A stretch of DNA of 64,000 nucleotides, taken from assembly GCA_964016885.1 (NCBI GenBank), contig OZ024740.1:186310001-186374000 (forward strand), given 5' to 3'. The DNA is from Eledone cirrhosa. Lineage: Eukaryota. Of the stretch, positions 28,832-42,062 are shown piece after piece (within the stretch, counting starts at the first letter, position 1; each line of letters starts with the position of its first letter). The position numbers and the translations under genes were made by a program. The notes under the pieces are model-generated. The model was not told the DNA's origin. It did not search any database and was given only the letters and a program-made list of their open reading frames with translations.

Positions 28832-29076
28832 AGTTTTATTTAAAATTGTTGGGTTACAACGAGTAAATATTTTATAACTGATATAAAGCACTCAACAACT
28901 TTTTTAAATGGAAGTTGATCAATATTTTATGGTACGTCAAATTTATTTATAAAACTGCTTATATATTGTATTTTATCTGAAGAAGGCATGCCATATTTTT
29001 AATATGGTATCCCTGAAATATGTATAATGAAATAAATATGGTTTTATAAATATAGTTTCCATTTGTTTAATATCGT
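28830..29076 (+). mobile_element. Short TA-flanked PLE-type 3' end with HHR
   Basis: Bounded by TA tracts; HHR about 40 nt from the right end. Confidence 0.65.
28969..29034 (+). ncRNA. Hammerhead ribozyme (predicted)
   Basis: tattttat CTGAAGA aggcatgccatatt ttt aatatggtatccct GAAA tatgt ATA^atgaaata; stem I extended by atttataaaac/gttttataaat. Confidence 0.8.
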
Positions 29077-29127
29077 ATATATATATATATATATATTTAA
29101 TGTATAATAAACAATACAATATAATTA

Positions 29128-29194
29128 CTTCATTACCAGAGGTTTCCCGAATAAGACGAATACAAGAAACGTCCTCATTCGTTCGTCAGACAAG
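29128..29194 (-). ncRNA. Hammerhead ribozyme (predicted; weak stem I)
   Basis: Reverse complement: cttgt CTGACGA acgaatgaggacg...cgtcttattcgg GAAA cc tct gg TA^atgaag. Confidence 0.72.
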
Positions 29195-30535
29195 ACAATT
29201 TAAAACATAGTGAAATATTTGAAAAGTCTCCTCAAGAAAGGCAAATGTTTAACGGGAAAAAAAATAATAAATAAATATAAGTAATGCAAGAGATATATAA
29301 AAATAAAATAAGGAAATATAGTTAGGGTATGTGTATAAATGTGTGTGTATGCGCTCACAAATGTACATATGTGTGTATGTACAAATGCATGTGTATAGTG
29401 AAAAAATGTGTGCTTAAGTACATACATGAGGGCAAGCATATCAGTGTATGTGTGACCAAAAATACGTATATAATATATGTTGAAAAAATAAATTGTAAGA
29501 TAATAGAGTTAACGTACATACAGACTCAGGTACTAAGGATTGAAATATATACACATACAAGTATGAAAGCACGCGTATAAACACGCACACACGCGCAGCC
29601 ACATACGTGCAAGTGATATATACAGGGAAGGGAGTGTGTCAGTCAAAGCATTGTCAGGTTGAAGGTCGATACATATATTATATGAAAATGAAAAAATGAA
29701 AAAATGAAAAATGAAAATATATCTGAGAAAAAAAAAAATTAAATCAAAGAGAAAGTAAGAGGGAGGGGTTATCAATTATAAAGTAACACTAAAAAAAATA
29801 TAAAACATACATAGGTTCGTACATACACATATATATATATAAATATATATATAAATACGCACAGACAAAGGCACCTACATGCGTACATACATACAAATGC
29901 GCGCATACATACACACGAAGCACATATATATATACACGTACATGTACATCTAATCACACGCACGCACGCGACTATATATATATATATATTCACACATACA
30001 TACACACGCATATATATACATATATATATATATATACATACATATACACACCCACACATATATAAGTATGTAAAAAACATAGATATAAAAACACACACAC
30101 ACACACATACACAGACACGCGCACATACGAATGCATTGGTATACATATACAAACACGAATACACACACATGCACGCTCACACGCATAGATACAATATACA
30201 AACCAGCCGTATGAATAAATGAGTACAAATTATACTCAAGTAAACATACATAAAAGCGGCTGAGAGACAACAGAATATATCTGGAGGTGAAAACGCAAGT
30301 GACAAGTGATATCAGGTAGTGAAAGAAAATGGGGAAATAAAATATGTAAAATTGTGAAGATATAAAGTAAGTGAATCAAGAAGTAGGGAGGGGGGTCACT
30401 GGTGGATGTGAAGTAAAAATAAAGTTAAAAATAAAAATAAAAGTAAATCAAAAAGAGAAGTCTGTAAAGAGGATAATTTAAGGAAAGTGAAGAAAAAGAG
30501 TTTATGGAGGATAAGTATCTGAAGGTGAGTTAAGT

Positions 30536-32276
30536 TTATATGAGCTGGAAAGCAAGTGTGATTTCTTGTGTGGGCAACTGGTGAAAATTTCGGTTTTTGC
30601 ATTTAGGCAGGTTTTTTGGTGATTTAAGATTCTGTAAAATCCAATATTTGTCATGTATGCTGAGTGCGCATATTTTTGTTCCTCTTGCATATTCTTTAGA
30701 TTGGTTCAAAATTGACCAATCTAATTTATATTGGATACCTTGGTCTTTCAAATCCCATATTCTGCTAGCCAGAGCTGTTGTAAATCTTTTTTTCAGGATG
30801 CTGGAAAGAAGCGACATGTGAGTAATAACGCGTTTTGAATTTGTCTTGTGTCATACCCACATATCGTTCGCTGGTGGCTGGTAGGTTGTTGCTGGTGGTT
30901 GTCACTTTAGCCGCATATACAATGGCTTTGGTGTTGCATTTACCTTGTAATGGGCATTCACTTTTGACTCTACAGGAGCAATTTTGATGTTCTCTGGGTA
31001 TTTTCTCATTGAAGATATAAGATTTATTAGGGGGACCGCAGGAGTAGCGGATTTTGACACAGTTTCTATTGAAGATCTTATAGTATCTATGTGTTCTAGG
31101 GAAATGTTTATCTAAGAGCTCTAGGAATTTTTTGCCTACATTAGTTTTAACTGCTAAAGAGTATGGGGGTGTGAACCAGATTATTTTTCTTTTCCTATTA
31201 TTATGTTTAAAGGAGTTAGTATTGTTGGGTATGTACTTAATCGGTTCGCTAAATCCGCTATTTTGAAGGGCTTTATTATAGTAGGGAGATGCTTTATTGA
31301 AAATAGCTTCTGAGGAAGAGAGGGTGGAGATCTTACGGCTAATATTAGGGATGAGATTTTTAAAAACTATAGGAGGATGGCAAGAGCCTTTATTTATATA
31401 TTTTAAATATTCATTAGGTTTATGGTACGGTTTATAAGAAGCAGTAGGCAGATCTAGGTTTATATCTAGAAAATTAATATTAGAAAGGTTAGTGTCAATG
31501 GTAATTTTAAGATTAAAACTAGCGAAGGTTTTTATTAAGTCTTTCCTGAATCTATCTAAGTTATGGCCTATAGTAGTATGGGAAAGTATTAGACCATCGT
31601 CGCGATAAAGCCCAAAGGTATGGTTAGGGAATTTCTCTTTAAGTGTGTGTAGGAAGAATAGGCCGACTAAATCACACACGTTAGCACTGTCAAAAGAACC
31701 CATTGAGACATCGAATGGGTTCTCTGGGTTAGATTTGTTTACCCAAGTGACATTATTAGTAAATAGTAAAGTGTTTCTAGCATGTTAAATGACATTCTCT
31801 TCAATATCAGAAATATTGATAAACTTTCCAGCGAAATTTAAGGCTTTCGTTAAAACGAGTAGACGGGTAGAAGTCTACAATGTCAAATTGGGTGAATCTA
31901 AAACTATTTTTATCTTTAATATTATTAAACCAATGTACTACAGAAGAGTTATTTATCCATTGGAGTAATTCAGACTTACTTCTAATATGTTTGCTTATAT
32001 TATTTATTATTTTTTTGCTAGCAAGACCGATTTCAGTCTTAGCAGGGTTGATTAATCTACAACTAAGACGATTAATAAAATCAGGTTTGTGATCTTTGAG
32101 GGTGATATAGGCATTACGTTTATCAAGTTTTTCTGTTCTATTGTCTATTTTAAAAAAAATAGATAATTCTTTAGCTTCCTTATTTATAGTATAATAGGTG
32201 TTTATATTAGCTATTTGGTATTTAGAGGTGATGTTATCTGTTAAGAGTTGGTCATGTAAGTTATTATTAACTTCGT
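30536..32276 (-). pseudogene. PLE reverse transcriptase / GIY-YIG endonuclease, frameshifted
   Basis: YITLKDHK..CRLINPAK, FDIVDFYPS, MGSFDSANVCDLVG, GLYRDDGL, INFLDI, IIWFTPPYS, CSCRVKSECPLQGKC, IVYAAKV..RYVGMTQDKFKTRYYSH, IWDLKD..W; several frameshifts and a stop. Confidence 0.93.
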
Positions 32277-34273
32277 ATATATATATATATATTATTATTA
32301 ACTTCGTATATATATATATATATATATATTACTTAAAGCTTGAGTTGTGGGACATGTACTTCATCAACTGTCAACTGGACATCACTCTCATTTATACACA
32401 CACTCCCTCGCATAAACTCTCACACACACACCTACATCCAAGCCCCCTACCCCATATATATATATACATATATATATTTATATGTATTCCTGGGGTTCTT
32501 TTCCCAATGTCCCATTGTTTATGCGTATGCTAGCACAAGTATGTACACAATTCAATAGTTATGTTTCTGAAACACTATGAGTCCTATAACATATTGTAAC
32601 TTATGTATGCAAGGTAGACTCTCAATTTCTCTATCGGTGTAAGACTTGAGAATTTTAATGAGTAATTAGGCATTTTATGAAACTGGCAACAACTTCACCA
32701 CAAGTGACGGGATGGTTGCAGAGAATATTTAGAGTTAGAAAACTGGTAGGGATATTGAACCAAACATAACGTAAACCATTTAGACTAAAAGAAATGAAGA
32801 GAAGGCAAGTATTTTGCAAATAATAAGATTTGAACAAATTCAAGCAATCAATCTTAGAAGAATTAGATGTACGATGTACTTCTATAGCATGGTAAGTAAT
32901 TAAATAGTTCAAGAGAATATTTTATTACTTCTATCAGGATTATATGGTTGTAGCTTGCATCACACACAAACGCTGCACCGGTAGTTGCGTGAGTGTGTGC
33001 TTGTGTGTCTTTGTGTGTGTGTGTGTGTGTTTGTGTGTGTTTGTGTGTGTTTGTGTGTGTGTGTTTCAGTAGTCTAGATTGCTTCAGCCAGTAATTTTCC
33101 CTTCATAGTGTCAAGCTGATTATTGAATAATAATAAATCCAGCCATCGTAAACAAGGACTATTGCTTAGCATTTGAATCAGCTATTGCAAAATGTTGAAA
33201 GCTTGAAGACTCTACTCTCTGTGGTAAAAAGGTAACGATACACGTTTTTTGACATGTAGAAACTAACTACCCGTGCTAGTATCAAACCTGAGTCCTACAA
33301 CACATCAAAGATGTTCAATTTTCTTCCTTTAACATTGCGACTAAGTACCGTAATACGCTGCTTGTCAAAATAACTCAATTGACTCATAACTTCCATAAAA
33401 CATAAGGCAATAAATTGCCTGAAGAGGGCTGTCATAAGACAATATTTGGTATAATGACTCATACTTTCTGTGTTAACTGCGTTGTTTGTCTATGTCATAA
33501 GACAGTTCACCTATTTTGTGTGTGTAATATTCTTGTTCTCTCCCATATGCACCTTCTCAATTAGCTTGTTTATTCACATCTATTGATACACAGTGGCATA
33601 CAGTTGTGATCTTGCCCATAGTGGAAGAAATCGGATGATCCACTTGCAGGAGCTGCTATACTGGAATATCGATAGTTTTATATATCCGTTTCATTTATTG
33701 TACCTTAAGACTGTCATTTCCTCCTTTCTTTTGTTCCCTTGTGCATTTTCCTCTACGTATCTCCATACGTCAATGCTACGCTGATACACACGTTACACTT
33801 AATCTCTACATATATATGTGAATATGCATATATATATATATATTAATATATATATATGCGTGTGTGTGTTTGTGTGTTTATGTGTGAAAGTGTGTACACA
33901 TATATTTATAAATACGTTCATGTAAACATATCTATATACATACATGTAAATATATGTGTGTTTATGTATGTACATATGTGTTTAGGAACACAAAAACTTT
34001 AAAATATTGACAGCATCATAGAGGCTTGAATACAAGATACATTTTCTTAAGTAGAAGAGGTTTTTGATATTTTATCGTTTTGAATTACTATGCCATTAGA
34101 ATTTCTAGGGTAATAGCACTTTTTCCAATGTTTTTTTTTTTTATTCAGCTTCTGCATAAATGCAATAACGTCTTGCTGAATTTGTTATCATTATGTAATG
34201 ATACAATAGTAATAGAATCGCGGGTTTAAATGGATTTTAAAGCAAAGGAGTGGCTATCTATTTATACTTAAAA

Positions 34274-34335
<62 letters not shown>

Positions 34336-34337
34336 AA

Positions 34338-34845
34338 TTTTTAGTATATGTTGGTTGTTTACCGACACCTCAGTATTCAGATTGGAGCACTCGACGAAGT
34401 ACGCAGGTTCGTTTGGTTACTCCGGAGTAATGTAAAATAATTAAGTCAAATATTTAAAATTTGGCTTCGTTTATTAAAGATGTACTGCTATATATATTTC
34501 ATTGGATGTGACCTCTTCAGGCAGTCCGAATGGGTGTGGTAGAGACAGGTACACATGTTGTTGAAGTGTTTTACTCCGTCAATACTCCGATATATCCAGC
34601 TCCTGGTTGGGTTGTTATTTCTCTGAGGAACTGGAATCATATGAATTCGAACATACGAATTTCGGCGTCATAGGATACTCTCTCCTCCCATTGGTCAGTT
34701 GTGAGAACATTCCTCAGTCAAAAGTCTATAGAAATTTTTCTGAGGCAAGACAATCTGTTGTGGTTGTTTTTGTTAAGTAAAGCTGACCTCCTCCTTTGTA
34801 TTGGTAGTGGTATTGGTGTTAAGGGGTCAGCTGGCAGGTCAGTTA
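34338..34845 (-). mobile_element. TA-flanked PLE-type 3' end with degenerate HHR
   Basis: Reverse complement of 34484-34525: actgc CTGAAGA ggtcacatccaat GAAA TATATA TA^gcagt (stem II damaged). GAGTGCTC on the - strand at 34385-34392. Right boundary uncertain. Confidence 0.6.
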
Positions 34846-34856
34846 TATATATGTCC

Positions 34857-35272
34857 TAGGGCGGGTAAAATTCCCGAGATCCATGGACGAGTTCTCTCTA
34901 TCCGTCTCTGTCCCTCATTATCGCTGCCATGTCCTGCGTCTCCAACAGACCAGTGTCTGTCCTTAGGGCATCAACATACGTTAACCTTGGTTTTCCTCTT
35001 TCAGTGGGTCCATGCAGGGGCTCCCACAAGAGCTCTGAGTGCAGTGTCAACTCTGGATGTCGGTGAGCATGTCCAGCTAACCTCAGCTCCTCCGTGTCAC
35101 TTTTGAGCTGACTTTTGGGAGACTCCCATACAGCTCTGAATTTGTCATCCTTAGTGTATGCTGATTAATATTCAGAGCCATCCTCAGCATTCTCGTGTAG
35201 CACCCATCCCACATCTGAGTGAGTTTCTTGGTTAGTGTCCAAGTCTCAGACCCGTACAGCAGCACAGACTCC
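34857..35272 (-). mobile_element. RTE-clade LINE 3' part
   Basis: VESVLLYGSETWTLTKK..DGCYTRMLRMALNI..LYGSLPKVS..RLAGH..LLWEP. Confidence 0.85.
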
Positions 35273-35478
35273 ACTACACCAACACCAAAGCCCAAGTCAT
35301 TACACCTGATGGGATGACAGAGTTCTTTGAGATACTGGCTGGAGTTCTCTAGGGAGATACAGTGGCTCCCTACCGTTTTATCATCGTAGTGGACTATTGT
35401 ATGCGCCTTGCACTGGAGAAACACCACGACTCTGGCTTTACTGTAACACCGGCTAAGAGCAGGAGAGTTAATGCGAAA

Positions 35479-35480
<2 letters not shown>
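35273..35480 (+). mobile_element. RTE LINE RT-core fragment, inverted relative to the adjacent 3' part
   Basis: YTNTKAQVITPDGMTEFFEILAGVL*GDTVAPYRFIIVVDY, matching the QGD.LAP.LF RT motif. Confidence 0.8.
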
Positions 35481-35542
<62 letters not shown>

Positions 35543-35557
35543 TTGTGTGTGTATGTG

Positions 35558-35588
<31 letters not shown>

Positions 35589-35589
35589 C

Positions 35590-35700
35590 CTTTTTGTATA
35601 TGTTTTATCATAGTTTTATCGTGAGCCGGTGTGTTGAAACATATTGTTATACTTTAGGAGACGCATGTTGTAAACAAACCCACGTGGACCAGTTGAGATT
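35590..35700 (-). mobile_element. Diverged 3' tail related to the 6745-7322 family
   Basis: gtgtgttgaaacatattgttatactttaggagacgcatgttg matches the reverse complement of ~7235-7280. Confidence 0.6.
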
Positions 35701-35744
35701 AAGATCTTATTATTATTATTATTCTTCGCCCAATTATTCATGAG

Positions 35745-36530
35745 AGGGTCGTGGGAGCAGAGTTCTCAAACACTCCTTCCAGCAGGTCTTTTCAAATTTA
35801 AACGTTTCCAACTGATCCGGCTGGATCCCAAAGTGATACCAACCATCATGCTCGGTCTCTACCAATGGGTCTCCTGCCAGTTGGTTTTGCCAGTAAAATA
35901 TGTCCAACAATTCTTTCCTGAGACATGCTTATAGTATCGGAGCTGTGATTTGTCAATTCTGAGAAATAGCGGCTCTACCTGTAGCGACTTACTGATCTCC
36001 GAGCTACGCACTCTATCGAGTAACGTTACTTCAAATTTCCTTCGGAGGACCCCCATTTCGGCTGCATTTCTTGGCGACCGTATCATTTCGGTAATTACCC
36101 ATGATTCATGACAATAGGTAGGGATTGGTACTAATACGAACATAGCGAGTTTTGCTTTTACACCTACCTCTCTTCTGATTCCCGAATGCTGAAGCTGGCT
36201 CATTACTGCACCAGCTCCTGCTATTCTTGCACTTAATTCAGCCTTCTGCCTTCCAACACTCATGAATACGGCCTCGAGATACTGCTTCGGTGGAACTTCA
36301 TTCCGATATAGAGTGTACTGCGCAGGCCTTCTTCAGAGGACGAGTACCTCAGCAGTTTTCGCAGCACGGATTTTCATTCCATCTATGCAGCACTCGGCAT
36401 CTAACATATCAAGTGCAAGTCGGAGTTCACCTTCTGTCGAGTTAAGTAATACCATGTCTTCTGCCCCTTTCAGCCGACTGATCTATACCTACCAGTCGCG
36501 ATACCACTTCCAGCCCGACTGCGTATATCA
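35745..36530 (-). mobile_element. Second RTE-clade LINE fragment
   Basis: ORF 35859-36263: KAKLA..VPIPTYCHESW..AAEMGVLRR..TLLDRVRSSEI..VEPLFLRIDKSQLRY. Confidence 0.8.
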
Positions 36531-37137
36531 ATCCTGTTAAGAAATTAATGCATGCAAGATATCACAGCTCTAGCATCATTCCATCATATTCAGCCTGTCA
36601 GCCTTTCTGTCGACCCTCGTATATATAGAGTTGAGAGGTGGGGATGATAATGTTGGGTTGTAAATTCATAAGTATAAGAATAAAGATAACAACAAACATT
36701 TACTGATGGGTTAAATAAATATATGTGGTACAGTCGCATTTATTATATGTATCTTGCTTGTCTGTTATTCAAGTATCGCGTGGCCAACCGCTATTTCATC
36801 CAATCCAATTATGTATTAAGTGTTGGCTCCACGAAACTCGAGAACTAATGAAGCACGATACAATTGACATATAAGCTTTACATATATATGAACGGAATGG
36901 TCTGTATCCATGCATGTATGTACAAACATGATCGTGTCTCTGTGTTTAGTGGTGTAAAATGGTGAAACGCATTGCATACTTTTACGTGAAAAGGTAACTT
37001 GCATATTCGATAAATAGAGATCGATGAAATAAGTGCCAAACTAAAATACTTACTGGCCTCGAAGATCGTATCCCATTAGCTCCGGAACCTGCCCAATCAC
37101 GGAAATCAATAAAATAATAAAAGAATATACACACTCG

Positions 37138-37206
<69 letters not shown>

Positions 37207-37956
37207 GCACACACGCTCAAACATCCGTGCGCATGTGCACTGACGCACACGTGCACGATATGAAATAAAGAATAAATCACAACCTGATAAACTGATAGTA
37301 GAAAGAAAGAAGGAAAGAAAGAAAGACAGGAAGAAAGAAAGAAAGAAGCCGCTCCCCACTCGTTATCTTCTTAGCTCGTTATTTAAAATGTCTCATTTTA
37401 TTAGGGAAGGGATAATTGCATGAGCCACACGACGAGAAGGCGTTTCCTCTCCTATCGATTCTAAATAAATCTAATGATTGTATTGCCGTGTATTAGCACT
37501 AAATTTGTATCTTAATCTAATCCTTCCTCCACAATCCACTGTCACTCTCCCTCACCAACCGCTCATCACACCACCACCAAAAGTGCACCACCTACCTTTG
37601 ACAAATAAGTTGAAAATTACTCTTGCTTGTTTGAATGCAGTTTTCGTCTGTAAGCTAAAACATTAGTTATATGAGAATCTCGTAACTATAAACTTTAAAT
37701 ACAAACACAACGGAGGGGGGAGAGAAGGATATAAAGCAACGTCAGAGAAAGGAAAGAAGAAAGAAAGTAAGGAAATGATATAGAAATGATAAGAAATCCA
37801 AGATATTTGACAAATTGCATTTCAACTGCTATCCATAGCAGTTCGAAAAGGTTGGTCAGTAACAATTATTTTACATTAAAAGACAGCACAATTCCCATTC
37901 TTATATTTGCCTGCCCACACACACACAGACACACACGCACACACGCACACACACAT

Positions 37957-38618
<662 letters not shown>

Positions 38619-39005
38619 ACCTATTCAACTGTCTTATATATTTACCAAATCTTGTTCTCTTCCAAGTACCAAGATATTTCTCAAGTGTCAAGATTTCCCG
38701 AACAATTCTTACGAAAGCTTCATCTTATCTTTTCTAAGAATTATATGATAATTCCTATAAAACGTGATAGTTTTATTGAAGTTATTCCTATATTGTCTTC
38801 GTCTATTTTACCGTTCACTACGTATTCTGTAGCTTTAGTTTGGATTTTCTATTTAGAGCTATATATATATATACATTTTCCTTCAATATATTGATTACAA
38901 GTTGATTCTACTGTGTTTCGTCTTATTTTTCTTTCCAACTAATATTATTATTGTCATGATGGGTGAAAACCATCTACATTCTTCTTTTGTCTCACATATT
39001 TCGGC

Positions 39006-39049
<44 letters not shown>

Positions 39050-39053
<4 letters not shown>

Positions 39054-40297
39054 AGATCAAAAGATGGTTAAAAGAGTTCCATGTATTTTATTATGCGCAT
39101 TTCAAAAACAAATATCATCATGCAATAACATTTGTGTTTTCATCAGATAAAATAGGAAGACATGATATGAAGGTTAAAAAACACTTGTGAATAGTGCAGT
39201 TTTAAATCAACATATGAAAAGTAGTTTTAGATTGATGTGTGATATTGGGAAACAAAGTTTTGATGGGGGGTGGGGGGTGGAAAGGATGAAAAAGAGGAGG
39301 AGATGAGAGTAAAAAGTGAAGGGGGAGGAGTATAATGAGGAAGGATGAGATATGAGGAGAGATGGGTGATAGAGAGAGATAGATAGCTTTTATAACTGAG
39401 AAAAATATATTGTTTTACATAGAGAGGTTGAAAAACCGTTGGAAGATAATATATAAATTAAAAGAATTTGAAAATTAACGAAGAGAAAAATAATGTTAAG
39501 TTAAGGTTTGTATAATATGTGCGATGGAAAGAAATTGTTAATATGTATTAAGAATAATATTTAAGGGTTTAATAATATGTGCGATGGAAAGAAAATGTTG
39601 ATATGTATTATTAAAAAAAATGTAAAAATATAGCAATAGTAATGTAAGTAAGGATATATTGTGAAAGAAGTAGAAGATAGGATGAATAAGTTAGATGAGC
39701 ATGAAAGGGAGAAAAAAATAATGAATTGAGGATGAATAATCTAACGTCAAAAAAATGTTTATGTTTACGAAGGATTTTTTCAAGGTGATATAAAGTAAGA
39801 ATATATTGTACTGTGTAATAATTGTTTCTATGTTAGGCACAATGAGAAAAGGTACAGATTAGGGGTTAGAAATTAAAAGAAAAAGAAAAGAAAAGGAAAA
39901 GGAAGAAAGTGAAGTGATAAATAGGAGTGATATAGAATGAGTAACTAGTATTATATAATGTATAATAAATAACTTTGAAATAAGGTAGAAAGATGGGTAT
40001 ATTTTTAAAGAAGTATATATATATATGTGTGCCTTTGAGAAAAGGATTTTAAATTGATAAAGTATTAGATATTAGCTGTATACTTTATGGAATGTTCTGT
40101 GGAATTTATGCAAGCAGAGAGAAAACAAGTCAGTGCGTCTATTTATTATAGAATCTAAATTAGATATAATGGTAAATTTTTCATTTAAACAGAGATTGCA
40201 AGTCTTGGATAGAGAACTGTTTAAGTATGGAGAAGCAGAAGAAACCTTTTTCCAAGAGATGTTATATTTAATATTTTTGTCTTTCAAGGACCATATG
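39050..40297 (-). mobile_element. 5'-truncated Penelope-like element (GIY-YIG C-terminus, ~1-kb 3' UTR, HHR)
   Basis: ORF 40072-40287 KYNISWKKVSSASPY..TCNLCLNEKFTI..NRRTDLFSLCLHK; HHR at the 3' end; (TA)n at the 3' junction. Confidence 0.85.
39084..39154 (-). ncRNA. Hammerhead ribozyme, intact-looking (predicted)
   Basis: Reverse complement: tattttat CTGATGA aaacacaaatgttattgcatgatgatatttgttttt GAAA TGCGCA TA^ataaaata; 8-bp stem I, long stem II, palindromic stem III. Confidence 0.88.
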
Positions 40298-40775
40298 AGT
40301 TCTGAACGGCACTCTCAGACAACTAAACATGCCAAATATTCGTATATCCCTATTAATTGATTAACTTCACTCGAATTTTGAACCTATAGTGAAATATATA
40401 TATTTGGCATATTTACACGTCTGTGTACTACAAATGTATAAATTTATATACACGTTTCAGTGTCTTGGATTCCTTTATTATATATATATATGACTATAAC
40501 TTAAATATATATAAATATATATGTACCCAACGTTAGTCACTAGACATTTGTCGACTTGGTGCTTCAAGAAACTAAACCCAGACTATGTGGTTGAGAATAT
40601 CTTATGCACAACGAAAACGGGGAGAGACTGGGAGGTATATAGCGACGAAAAGGCACATAACATTGTTAGCAGATACGATGATGTATTCTGGCGTTAATAA
40701 AAGCAATGAAATAAAACGATTTCATTACAATGTCATCAATTGTGAGGGAGGTGGATCTTATTATAATGCAGGTGT

Positions 40776-40984
40776 GGCGGTGGATTGGCAAAATTAGTAG
40801 AGCACCGGACAACATATTTTCCGATATAGAGTTACAACCCTTTATGTTCTTAGTTCAAATCCCGCCGAGGCTGGCTTTGCCTTTCATCCATACGGGGTTC
40901 TAAAGCACCAGTAATACACTGGAAGTCGATTTAATCGACTTTCCCCTCTCCAAAAATTAATTGCTGGCCTAAAGTAGAAACAAA
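40776..40984 (+). mobile_element. SINE, diverged/longer subfamily
   Basis: ggcggtggattggca..GTTCAAATCCcgccgagg..gcctttcatcc; extra segment gtcgatttaatcgac; flanking taat(g/a)caggtg repeats. Confidence 0.85.
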
Positions 40985-41574
40985 TGTAATACAGGTGGAT
41001 CAGACCTCAACTTAACTATATAATTCCTTGCCAGTTTCTCACTTGAGTTGTTCCTCCTAGCTCATTATGCAAATTACTACTGCTGAACCGTCTTTAACTT
41101 TCTCTGGCTAGGGTCAATAAATTCGAAATATGTTCATATCAGGCTCTTTGGCGGACTCATTAATTTCAGACTTGGCAAAGTCTTTAGAGTGTCTTATTAA
41201 ATGCCTCATTACGGTATTTCTTCCGGTTCTCAGTATTCAAACCAGAGTTCAAATCCCACGATATTCAAATATTCGAGTCATCGATTTCAAATTCGATGAA
41301 AAAAAGGAGGGTTGATTGGCAAAAATTGTTGAAAAGTTGAAGGGTAGTTTTTGCGTTCTATTTTCTGAGTTAGTAACGTTCCTACCAAGAATTACGACCG
41401 TGGATAGTACAATTAATGGAAAGACCAATAAAAAACAGTTTTATTGGACCGATCTAACTATTGGCTCCTGTCCTTTCGTTTCTCATATAAAGATTTGTGG
41501 AATTGGTTCTTCATTTTTTGAAATTTACCCTTCTTTTCATTCACAATGAGCACCATGTATGTATATATATATAC

Positions 41575-41673
<99 letters not shown>

Positions 41674-41884
41674 CGTGCGTGTGTGTAGTTATAAGCGACT
41701 GCCTGCCTAAGAACATGAGCGTATATATATATTTTAGCGAATGTATATGCATACACACACGCACTTATATTTTTCATACATACATATATTTGGAAGGTGC
41801 GTATGTGTATATATATATGTGTGTGAGTGCATATATATTCACGTATTTATACATATATATGTACATATATATATATATATACAC

Positions 41885-41950
41885 ACGTAGAAGACTGTTG
41901 ACGTCAATATACACACATATAAATAAACACAGACACATACATACACAAAC

Positions 41951-41996
<46 letters not shown>

Positions 41997-42062
41997 GTTT
42001 GTGTATGTATGTGTCTGTGTTTATTTATATGTGTGTATATTGACGTCAACAGTCTTCTACGT
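41885..42062. repeat. Perfect 178-bp palindrome centred on a (TA)n tract
   Basis: 69-bp arms 41885-41953 and 41994-42062 are exact reverse complements around ~(TA)20. Confidence 0.95.

Larger units (their letters stand above)
29098..32276 (-). mobile_element. 5'-truncated Penelope-like element (RT + GIY-YIG + ~1.4-kb 3' UTR + HHR)
   Basis: (TA)n at both ends; coding region 30536-32276; HHR 29128-29194. Confidence 0.92.
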
